Assembly (NCBI GenBank): GCA_013265495.1
Contig: MU058384.1
Location: forward strand, 805,622 to 869,621
Reading direction: 5' to 3'
From: Vicugna vicugna
Taxonomy: Eukaryota
DNA: 64,000 nt
Shown: piece after piece, positions 37,401-48,430 of the stretch
How the letters are laid out: every line of letters starts with the position of its first letter
How positions within the stretch are numbered: position 1 is the stretch's first letter
Program-made: the position numbers and the translations under genes
Notes under the pieces: model-generated
Databases searched by the model: none
Told to the model about the DNA's origin: nothing
What the model saw: the letters and a program-made list of their open reading frames with translations, nothing else

Positions 37401-40400
37401 ATGACTATTTAAGAGTCCATCTTCTGTTACAGAATGCATCTGAGTGATTTCTGTTAGATTCACACTTCTTCCTTTGTGTCATCAAGAACAACACGGGCAG
37501 GCTGGGCTGAGAAAAAAAGAAGGGAAAATTTTCCTACTTAAGGCCCCACCATAAGAAAGGGAGACTTATTAATACCAACCTGAAGCTTGAGAAAGGTAGC
37601 TAAACTTTGTCAAAATAGAACTGTCTCTGAAAAGTGACATGTTGTGATTCTGATGGTATCCACATGCCACATTCCAGCTCACTCATCACTGACCTGTCCA
37701 TGGTCAAGGACGTGTCAGATGGTAGACTCAAGTGGGAGCAAAAAAGGATTGACTTTTTTAAAAAAGTTTCCAGAAATAGGCAAAGAAGGGAGATGCTCTA
37801 CCAAGTAAAAACAGTCCATGGGTTACTGTAATTAGATCAGAAACTCAGAAAGAATGTTTAAGGGGCCCGAAGGGGTGAAAGTTGTGAATCAGTGCTGTTA
37901 TTTGTCTCTGGAGTCTCTGGCACGAAAACTGGGCCTTCATCACAACAAGAGCTACTTCACTTTGTTACACAGTGTGAGATTACAGCTCATCATAAACATT
38001 CAGTCACTAAATAATGGGGGCATTCATTGCAGACAGAGGTTGGCAAGATTGTGACTTAGTAGAAATGGCCAAGGCAGGGAGATGAGAAAAAGGGCAATCA
38101 GAGATCCTGAAACCACTGTAAAAATGTGTGAGTGGATTTAGCAGCAGCCAATTCATGTATAAAAGCCAATTCATGGGAAAAAAAAAGATAATTTTTAGAC
38201 ATTCAGATCCTTTGGGCTTTTCAGTACTGAAATGTATTTTACTTTACTTTGACATCTAAGGCATTTTGAAATATGTAAAATTTTGAAAGAATTTATTTAA
38301 GCAGCATTGCATTATGTAAATAAATAAATGAACACACACACACTTCATCTCTAATCAACACCCCTGTATCTCAATTTTTTTTCTCTTTCCTACTACCAAG
38401 TAGAATTTCTATGATTTTTGGTTGGTAAAATGGTCAACATTTCTCCATCACATTTTCCAACGTTGAAAATGCACAGATTTATGCAATCATGTCTATTCTA
38501 GTTTCTAGCTGGTGGGACAATTTAATGGTTTATTGATTTAAATGGAAGGAACATGGACTTGACGAATCTTTTACCCCAAGATTGTTCTGGATAGATAACA
38601 GTCGTGAATTAATTTTTAATTGTAAATGTCTCTGCAAATCAGTATAAAGTAAAAATAATTTCTTTACAATTAGAGAAAGAAAAGAAGTACTTCATTTTTA
38701 TTCCAATTTTCTGAGGACACTGCGTTTTATTTAGGCTCTTTTTCCCTCAGTGCCAGGCATCCAGGAACACTTACAAAAATGTTTAGGGTTGATATATATA
38801 GCGCTGTGTCAACAGGCCCCTCAGAGGTCAAGAAAGTTATGATAATGGTTTTCCCAGGGTTAGTTCTTGTGCTTAACGTTCATCGGCTGATAGCTTATAT
38901 ATATGTATTTTTTGGATTTATTGCTTAGTTTTTGGTGAATTATTTTCTGAATTATCCTTTGATCATAGAGTGAATTAGATTTGTTTTCTAGTTTCAAATA
39001 TTATCTATCTGTTGCATGAAACAAATTATATTAATTCACATATTTCTCCTATTCAGAAATTTGATTTCCTTTATAAGTTGTGGCAGTAACAAATTAGTGA
39101 CTTAAGAACACTAAATAGGAGATTGACTCTCAGTTTAGAAATTTCTATTTTAAAAATGGAACATGATCACTCTCTACACCATTTGGCCAAGTATCTTTTT
39201 CTTTTTGTTTTCATTAGCATTTACGAGGGCAAACAATGCAAGTGGATACTTAATATATCACAATATCTAGATAGAGCTCTTTAAACTATTTATTGGAGCC
39301 AATAAGAACACATGCATTTAAACATTTGAGTATTTTTTTTAATTTGTCCTTTTACAAGAAATAAGTTGAAAATAAAGTTGAAGAAAGACCTGGAATATAA
39401 AGCTTATGAAAACAAGCAAACTTTACTGTATTATTTTAAATTTGATTTTGTTGGGTTTTTTGAGAAGTTAAATCTAAAAGAAACATTTACCTAATCTGAG
39501 ATATGTAGGTGTAAATTACTGAGAGAGGAAAGAACATTATAGACATTCTAGTTTATGTTCTTGATTGCTGGGGAGTGGTCCTTTTAGTACTTTTTAGGCC
39601 TCTGGGGTCTTTGTAAAATATTTAATATACATATTACACAGTGTAGCTCTCCATTCTACCCTCTACCAACAGAGATGGCTTCTAGGAAATGTTCTTCAAT
39701 CAAGGATGATTTGTCTAGCATTTTTTAACAAATGTAAGTGTTTATTCTTGATATTTCACTTTTCTAAAATAACTTATAAAGTACAAAGGAACTTAACAGT
39801 TCTTCTAACCTACCAAAGAAAGTACATATTTTCCCAGTATAATTTTGGTGTCCAAAACCTACATATCCTAATTTTTCTTTTAAAGGCAATCTATACATGG
39901 CATGTGTGGTAATTTTCTTAAGCAGTATAGTTGAGTAGCTGACCTATCACACTCCATAGCAATGTTTGATTCTACTGTTTATATATAGTATATAAAATAT
40001 TTATTATATTAAATGCCATACTTAATTATATTTAACCCTTAGGTGGGTTTATTTTTTTTCTCTTAATGAGTACATTAATTCACATGTATACACAAATGAA
40101 TTACCTCTGTAGAGAAAGTTACTATGAATCTCACTATCAGAAAATAACACTATACATTTAAATAGAAGTTTGTTTGCATATGTTTTAATCAGTTGAAAAG
40201 TTACCTAACTCAAAGATTTCTTTGAATAGAATTTTAAAGTTAACTCAGTCTACTCTTCTGCTTGTCAGGTAGGCTAACTAATAGTTCTGATAACAATCTA
40301 CCTAGAGAAACACCAATGTGATTGAGAATATAGATGCATTATTACTTTTAATTCTTTAAATTTATCCACTGAACACAAAATAAAGTAGACAGTGATAAAG

Positions 40401-41789
40401 AGGCTACCGATTTTTTTTTAAATTCATAATCATGGAAAAAAGAGGACTAATTAATCAGTTTAAATATACTATGCAAGAAGGGACATGTTCCTTCATTTAA
40501 ATCACAATACAAACTTAGATCAGGTAAAAGAACATTTTAATGAAGATATTCTGTACTTATTATTATCTTTTGAGTTTGACAAAAGAGTGTAAAATCTCCA
40601 TGTTCAGATTTTTATAAGCTCTTCTCGATATTGAGCAATACCTATAGTAGGTTTCCATGATACAGCTCATAGGAAAACTGATTTTACATTTTCACAGTGA
40701 TCCAACTACAGAAATGACCATGCTTAAAGAAACATTGGCTAAAACATCGGTGCTTAAAAAATATTAGGAACATTTTTGTTTCTAATTAGTGTTATAAAAA
40801 ATTAAGAATTCAATATTTGAGAATTTTCAAAACAATCTCTATCAATTCTAAAAATTTTGAGTCTATGTAATAGGACATTTTAAAGTATGAATAGCTTTCA
40901 ATATTAGTATTGTCACAGTCTCAGGATGTATCCACGATATCCCAGAAGTTGGTGCACTAAAGTATCATTAGAACTAGTTTGAAAACTTACACGGTGGAGT
41001 GTAACTTACAAGTGGTTTATTGGCTTTCTTGGAATTTTGATTGCCTTAGGAGAAGAAGAAAGATGTAAAATTTAGAGCCCCATGAGAATCCATTTCAGTC
41101 TATATTCATCTCAAGGCAGTAGAAGAGTTCTGACAATGACTTCTAGCATACCAGAGTCTTCTAATTGCTCATTAGTTCAGAATTTGCCTTTAATAAACAT
41201 ATTCTGGAATGTTATTGAAATAAATGGCCTTAGTGAATTGAAGATTCATTCAATTGAATATTATATGTATATATATATGCATATGTGTGTTATAATATTC
41301 ACACTCATGTTCTCCATTTCTTATGTTTCACCGTTAAAAGAAATTGATAATTTTAGGTTTAAAATTTATATCTTCACCACAATATTTTCAAGTGGAGTAT
41401 TAGGCAAATCATTTTACTTTAGAGTTATTTTGTATTAATGTCTGCTTCCATTGATGTTTATACAACATGATCTTACCATGTATACAGGTGTTCTTGTAAC
41501 TGCTAGGAATGGTATTCATTGGAAGTGATTTACATTCCTGCTTCCTCCAGTCAATCTGTTTCAATTTCATAAAGTGTATTGCACATACACTGTGGACAAA
41601 GCTCTGCTTTATACATTAGAATACATGGAATAACTTTCACTCAATGAACTTACTAGTTTATATGCAAGGACAATTAACTAAGCCTCTCACATAATTGTAA
41701 TAAATGTAAAAAGAGGAAATGCTTAAATATGTCTAAACAAATGCTAAAATAATTTATTGAGAAGAGAAAATATTTTCTGTAAGACTTTC

Positions 41790-42560
41790 AGAAGTTCTCA
41801 TTTAAAAATGGAATTGATCTGATCTTTGATTTTGTATAGTTTATATATTTTAAATTCAATGAAATGTGCAAGTATTAAGTGTACCAGTAGGTGACTTTTT
41901 CCATGTGTATCAAGTGTGTGCATCTCCATGTAATCACCAACCAGATCAAAGTATAGAACAACCATCACCCTCATGCCCCTTTTCAGCCAGTGCCAACCAT
42001 TTCCAGTGGCAATCACTATTTGACTTTATTATTAATTACTTTGCCTATCCTTAAATTTGGCATGAATGAAATTACGCTATACAGTATGCATACTTTTTCA
42101 TCTTACTTGTTTCACTTGATATAATATAGCTGAGAATTTTCCATGTTACTATATGTAGAAACAATTCTTTCTTCTGAATGCTGAATGGTGTTTTAGGACA
42201 CTCTGAATTGGAGGACATTTGGGTTCTTGCTGGTTTGGGACGATTATAAAAGAATCTTCCATGAACATTCTTATACAAATGTATTTGCGGACATAAGTAA
42301 CCATTTCTGCTGAGTATATTCTTAGTAGAAGAACTGCTGGGTCACGGAGTACATATATTAAACATTTTATACTCTCTCCAGCAATATATGCGCATTCGGC
42401 TGACTCCAGAGCTTGCCTCCCCTTGGTATTGTTGGACTTTCTAATAAAACGCTTGTGAAATCACATTTTCCTATGCCTTTAATTGGTATATTCCTGATGA
42501 CAAGTGATATTGTGTCCTTATGCACCTTTCAGATACATTCTTTAATGAAGTACTTTTAAA
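41790..42560 (-). mobile_element. L1ME-like 3' end
   Basis: 'atgtaatcaccaaccagatcaaagtatagaaca', 'ggacatttgggttcttgctggtttggga', 'agtagaagaactgctgggtcac'. Confidence 0.8.
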
Positions 42561-42607
42561 CTTTGAACGCTCTGTGAGAAATTAGATGTAGATAGGTACA
42601 GTTAAAC

Positions 42608-42630
42608 GATAGATAAAAGATAGATAGATT

Positions 42631-42680
<50 letters not shown>

Positions 42681-42720
42681 AAGAAAGAATGGGTGGACAA
42701 ATGGACAGACAGACAGAAAG
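42608..42720. repeat. Compound (GATA)n microsatellite
   Basis: Perfect (GATA)12 at 42631-42678 with degenerate GATA/GAAA/GACA flanks. Confidence 0.97.
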
Positions 42721-43415
42721 GTAGAAAGAGTTATAGATATAATCAGTTTGTTGAAATGGAATATACGTATTCCTAATAATTACTGTGCTGTGCAAAAATC
42801 ACAAAATAAAAAATAAATAAAACCATGAAGTTTATGAGAAAAATGACGTTAGGGACATAACATTCAAAAACTTTGTTAGTAACACATGTACAGAAAAAAA
42901 CCTATTAAAATGATTAAGAAATGCATAAATGTTACAACAAATTTGGTATTTTCTTCCTTGAAAAAGACCAGAACTTTGCTTGGAGAAGTGGGCATGAAAG
43001 GATTGCAGCTTGTGATTATTATGAATTGGTGGAAGGAGGGATATGTGAAATCTGATGGAAAGTTGAAACACCATCTGTGGAAATGTGGCTCCCAGCACAC
43101 ACAGTCATCAGAGGTAGCTGTTGGACGTATATGCGGGTATATTCCATGTATTCCTATGTAGCTTGGTTCAGCTGGGAACAGTTTTTTTCTTTTTCTTTTT
43201 TCTGTTTTCAGGTAGGGTTTCTTGCAGAAGAAATTACACATAAACAAAAGCAAAATTTGCAGTATGCTCAATTCGTTCCCTAACAGATCAAATGTATTGG
43301 AACAAATTCATATTTTCAGAACAAATTTTGGAGCAGAATTGACTTCATATTCTCTTGAACATAATTTCTAAGATTCATAAGTCATAATGTAAAATCTTAA
43401 GATGATTGAATTAAC

Positions 43416-43590
43416 AGGTTGGTAAACTTTTTATTTAAAGGGCCAAATAGTAAATTTATGTGGCTTTGTGGATTATAAAGTCTGCTTTGCGATTACTTAA
43501 ATAAGAGTGATGATGCAAAAGAATCCATTGTCGATGTGAAAATGAATGAGCATGGCTGTGTTAAATAAAAGGATTTACAAAAACAGATGA
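43416..43590 (+). mobile_element. MER58A-like hAT-Charlie DNA transposon fragment
   Basis: 'caggttggtaaacttttt...aaagggccaaatagtaaat...ggctttgtgg' and 'aatgaatgagcatggctgtgtt...aataaaa...tttacaaaaacag'. Confidence 0.75.
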
Positions 43591-44350
43591 CAAGCATAAA
43601 GTATAAAACCTAGCTTATTCTTTTTACGTTCTATGGAGGGCTCTAACTTTGGGAAGTGTTAATACACTTGGATATTCTTTGTCACTTTAAAAAGTTATGA
43701 AAGAGATGTATTTGACTGGCAAAAGTTTAATGTCTATTATAATATTGTCTAATTTGTTAAAATGCTTTATGTAGGACAAGTAGTTTATATTGTAACCTGT
43801 TTTCTCTGTTAACTAGAAGTTAAAAGTTATTTTGTTAAAATTTACAATTAATGGTGATCGAGGCTACACTGGGAGAAACAGTGACAGAAAAATACAGCTC
43901 TTTGTGTAAGGTAATTAAGCAATCTTTTTCCAAAGGAAAAAGAGGAATTTTGACCAAAAATTAGTCTCAATTTACCCAGAATATGAAAGTGCACAGCAAA
44001 GGACCAAACTGGAATGTTTTTGGCAAGGTGCAGAGGAAATGTGATTTTGCTTTCCCTCATCTATAATATTTGACTCTGAAAAAAAGCTATGAGATATGTT
44101 TAAATTTTAGAAAAAATGTTTTGCTCCAATTATGGATTTATTCACAAGATAATTATGTAAAAATTTGGAGAGAAAAACTCATGAAGTATTTACTGCAAGG
44201 TACTATGTTAATCCAAATAGAGAATTTGTCTTTTTCTTGTTAAAATAATAAATTGGTGTTAGAAATTTTAACACGGGCAAATGAAAGTACACTTTATATT
44301 TTATATAATACACTGCTATCACAGAAATTCTAAATTTTACCTGAATGATT

Positions 44351-44403
44351 TCTTTGTTTGGTGATGACTATCTTTGTTTGGTGATGACTTTGTTTGGTGA
44401 TGA
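44351..44403. repeat. Short tandem triplication
   Basis: tttgtttggtgatga occurs three times with slightly different spacers. Confidence 0.9.
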
Positions 44404-45169
44404 TATCAGGACCTTGATTATTACAAAATATAACAATGCATTTTCAAACATTATGAAATAACAAAGGTTTCTCACTTGGAGTAACATCATATTTATTTTT
44501 ACATATTTTATTGTCACTTTGATTAAATAGGTTTCCAAGTCATTATTTCTCAGGTGTCCATAAGCATAGTTTCATCTATCAATCAAATTTCTTATCAACT
44601 CTTGATTTAACTTGCTCAAGATCAGAATCTAAAAAAATTAAAATTAAAATTAAAAAAATTTTTTTTAAGTTTATGATATCTTTTACTTCTAAAACTGTCT
44701 TTAGGATTTCCCAAAGAGCATCTGAAAAATCAAAAAGACTTCATATTTCTCTTTGAAAACTAAAGATGCAGAAATATTTCAATTTGTTCAGTATGCTTCA
44801 CATTTCTTAATTAGCTCAGCATTATATTAATATCTGCATGGGAAGAGTGGTCAACTCAGAAGAGATGCTCATCTCAGTCTACCAAAGATTAAGCTTGTAA
44901 TGGCAAAATATCCTTATATGAATATTTCAGATATTATATTTTATGGGAAGGAACTGTGGGTTTGTTGATGGCCTCACTGTTTGTAATAGTCTTACCCTCA
45001 GGGTAAACTTTTACCAAACCCCTACATATATTCCAACAGAAAATTGCACTCTTTTCCATTCTGATATCATTGGTTACTGTAATAAATTAACCACATCCTT
45101 TCGGTCTCATTATTGTGCAGGCTTCTAGTTATGTGATGCTTGCCTGAAGGCTCTGTTGTAAAACACAGG

Positions 45170-45980
45170 CTAGAAGATCAGGAGATCTCAGAATAGAATG
45201 CAGACTATGACAAAATAAACCAACTTTATTAGGAATGTATAATCAACCTCACCAAGGGGGCTCCATGAAAATTTGGTTGACTTGAGTAACTTTGGAAATG
45301 ACACATTCCTGCAAGTTTAAAGACAAAAGGAACTGTCAATAAGAATTATTGGCAATGTTGTTTCTTACAAGAGTATGGGTTAATTCTGGAACCATTGTTT
45401 ATGGTTACCAGAATCAAACAAATAAATAAATGAATGGTCAATGGTAAGAACAATGTTTCTCATGTTGGTGTGGGAGGTTACAGATGAGCAAGGAGGTAGG
45501 CTAAAATGATCCATGTAGTAGTGACGGATGTTGGTGTGGGAGGTTACAGATGAGCAAGGAGGTAGGCTAAAATGATCCATGTAGTAGTGATGGACTAGAG
45601 TTGGAGAAATCAGTAGGAGTACAGTTTTCCTTAATGTAAATAGAGATGGATAAATACAGAACTATTTAGCTTAGTTAATACTGAGAGGCAGAAAAGCAAC
45701 AACACCCAGTAGCCATGAGCATACTAATAACCAGATCTTGGTTAGTAACATCATTCTCCAATTAAAGGAACCAGGGATACTTGGATAGATGGTTGATTCT
45801 AGGCCTGGGGGCAGAAATGTACAAGACAGGCATGGAGCAACATTAGTTCTTGAAAGTAAGGAATTCCTAAACACACACACACACACACAGAATGATGGGG
45901 CTATGTCAAATGGACAAGGAGCCAATTTGAAAGAGCCCTCAAAAATCAAACATGGAACATTCTGGGCAACAAAATAAAAT
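45170..45980 (+). mobile_element. L1MC/L1MD-like 3' UTR fragment
   Basis: 'aacacccagtagccatgagcatacta...ccagatcttggttagtaacatcattctccaattaaaggaaccaggg...gatggttgattctaggcctggggg'. Confidence 0.75.
45462..45593. repeat. 66-bp near-perfect tandem duplication
   Basis: Copies at 45462-45527 and 45528-45593 differ at one position (CpG vs TpG). Confidence 0.95.
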
Positions 45981-46263
45981 ATACTGATGAAAAAAACAAA
46001 GAATATCTAAATAAATGAAGATGAACACTGTGTTTCAGGATTGGAAGTCTCAACACAAGAAACAGGTCAGTTCTCCCTCAACTGATACTCAGATTAATAT
46101 AATCCAACAATATTTTATAGTTATAGACAAGATTTTGCATAATTTTAGTGGAATGCTGAAGGAATTTACTTTGCTTAAACAATTTTAAAAAATAGAATGA
46201 GAGAAAGTAATCTACCAAGTTTCAATTCATGATACAGCTACAGTCATCAAAACTGTGTAGTAC

Positions 46264-46727
46264 TTTTCTTTTTTTTTTTTTTTTTTGAGCAGTTATTGGT
46301 GTGAGGAAAAGGGTCATTAATGGAGTCTTTTGGAAGCTCAGGTGTTTATACCACGTACCGGCACCGGCAGCGCCCAGAGAAGGGGGGTGGGAAGAGCATT
46401 TATCCGGACAGGCTTCTGCAGCAGTTTAGAGGTGAGGGGATAACGGCTTGGGTTAGGGTGGGGCAGTGATGTGGGAGCAAGAAAAGGATTCTAGATTCGT
46501 GAAGGCTCCAGCACTGGTGACTGGGGGAGCGGCAAGTGGTTGATGAGGATTTAAGGGGTGCAGTGGGCAGGACTGATTTGTGGAGGAGGCTTAGTCTGGG
46601 GCAACGGGAGCATCCAGATGGGCAGAGGTGAGCAGACAAGGCCAGGAGGGGCCCCCGCTGTGGTGCGGTATCCCAGGCCAATCCCCCAGGCCTCCCTTCT
46701 CTCTGACCTTTCCGGCTGGAGGTTCGG
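46264..46727 (-). other. Poly(A)-tailed retrotransposed copy of a GC-rich non-L1 RNA fragment
   Basis: T-tract at 46264-46286, then about 440 bp of GC-rich sequence with 13 CpGs. Colinear L1 ORF2 resumes on both sides. Confidence 0.75.
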
Positions 46728-47164
46728 AAATCTGTGGAACATGACAGAACCCAGAAATAGACCTCAATAAATATATCTAACTGATTTTTGGCAAAGGTAA
46801 CAAAGACATTCAATAGGATAAGGATGGGCTTCTCAACAAATGGCTCTGGAACAACCTCTACCTAAACCTCATACCTTATACAAATGTTAACTCAAAATGG
46901 ATAGCAAACTTACATGCAAAATGTAAAACTAGGAAACTGAGGAAAAAACTATAGGGGAAAAAAATCTTGCTGTGTATCTAGACAGAAAACATATATTGAT
47001 ACCAAAACACAATCCATCAAGGAGGAAATGTACAAATTGGATAACATTAAAATTAAACACTTTCGCTCCAAGAAAGACACTGTTCAGAGATGAAGAGGCA
47101 AGCTGTGGACTGGTGGACAACATTTTCAAGCCACATATCTGACATATATTTACTATCAAGAATA

Positions 47165-47358
47165 CAGCTGACCCTTGAAAGACACAGGTTTGAACTGCAA
47201 GGGTCCCTGTATACACGGATTTTTGTCAATAAATACTACAACACTACATGATCTGCAGTTGGTTGAATCCAGGTGGAGGGTGGACTCTAAAGTTATACAT
47301 GGGTTTTCAACTGCATGAGAGGTGGAGGTCCCTAACCCCCCTGTTCAAGGGTCAACAG
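47165..47358 (+). mobile_element. Tigger2-derived MITE (TcMar-Tigger)
   Basis: TIRs cagctgacccttgaa ... ttcaagggtcaacag, TA duplications at 47163-47164 and 47359-47360, internal 'ggtttgaactgc' and 'gttggttgaatcc'. Confidence 0.92.
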
Positions 47359-48079
47359 TATATAAACAGGTAAAACCCATAGTAAAAACCACCTAGTTAG
47401 AAATTGGGCAAAATAAATGAGAGAAGTTTGCACTGAAGAAGATATACAGATAGCAAAAAGTGCATTGAAATATTCCACATTATTATTCATTAGGCAAATG
47501 TAAATTTTAAAAAAATGTATTATCTCTATACTTAACCAGAATTTCTCAAATAAAATCTAATGACAACACCAAATGCTTATGAAGATCTAGAGAAATTGTC
47601 ACTCATACATTGCCCGTGGAAATATAAAATATTCTACTCTGGAAAATAGCTTGGCTGTTTTCAGTAAACTACATATGCACCTCTTCTGTGACCCTGCAAT
47701 TACACTCCTGTGTCTTTCTCCTTTTCTTCTATAATGAATAAATTCCATTAAATCAATATCCAAATGTGCCAAATATTAGGATTTTATTCTGTGATATTTC
47801 CTGTGCAATAAATTTCATTTCCTGGAGAAGTATCAAGTATGTTTCCTTGTCTCACTGAAATAGATCCATTCATATACCCAAAGAAATAAACATATAATTA
47901 CATTATGAAAAGTAGATCCATATTTAAATATTGTCTTTACACTTAAAGTTCTTAAATTCTCCATTGATTTTCACTAATTTCCATGTTGATATGTCACTGT
48001 GGGGAGGAAATTGTTGTAAAGTCAGAAACATTTTGCTATAAAAAATAAAATGTCTTTTAAAGAATTAAGAAAATACTTT

Positions 48080-48430
48080 ATTTTTTCTTATTAATTAATT
48101 ACTTAATTAATTTTTTATTGAAGTACAGTCACAGTGTGTCAGTTTCTGGTGTACAGCACAATGTACGTCCCAGTCATGCGTATACACACGTATATATACA
48201 TATATATATATTCATTTTCATATTCTTTCTCATTAAAGGTTATTATAAGAGATTGAATATATTTCCCTGTGCTATACAGAAGAAACTTGTTTTTTTAATC
48301 TATTTTTATATATAGTTGCTAACATTTGCAAATCTCAAACTCCTAAATTTATCCCTTCCCACCCTGTTTCCCCCGTAACCATAAGATTGTTTACTTTGTC
48401 TACGAGTCTGTTGCTGTTTTATAGATAAAT
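48080..48430 (-). mobile_element. Young camelid-type L1 3' UTR
   Basis: 'ttttttattgaagtacagtc...tttctggtgtacagcacaat...ttcattttcatattctttctcattaaaggttattataagagattgaatat'. Reverse-complement homologue of about 5020-5294. Confidence 0.9.

Larger units (their letters stand above)
45985..47715 (+). mobile_element. Old L1 ORF2 3' region carrying two nested insertions
   Basis: 'gaatatctaaataaatgaagatg...ggattggaagtctcaa', 'gctacagtcatcaaaactgtg', 'acccagaaatagacctc...ctgatttttggcaaagg', 'gaaatattccacattattattcattaggcaaatg'. Confidence 0.85.

Noticed and set aside
44351..44403. CRISPR-like or snoRNA C-box (TGATGA) array
   Set aside because: A simple local triplication in eukaryotic DNA, with no unique spacers and no evident C/D snoRNA structure.
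46340..46727. CpG island promoter or 137-aa coding gene
   Set aside because: It is short, bounded by a poly(T) tract and embedded in L1, so a retro-insertion explains it better. The ORF starts in antisense L1.
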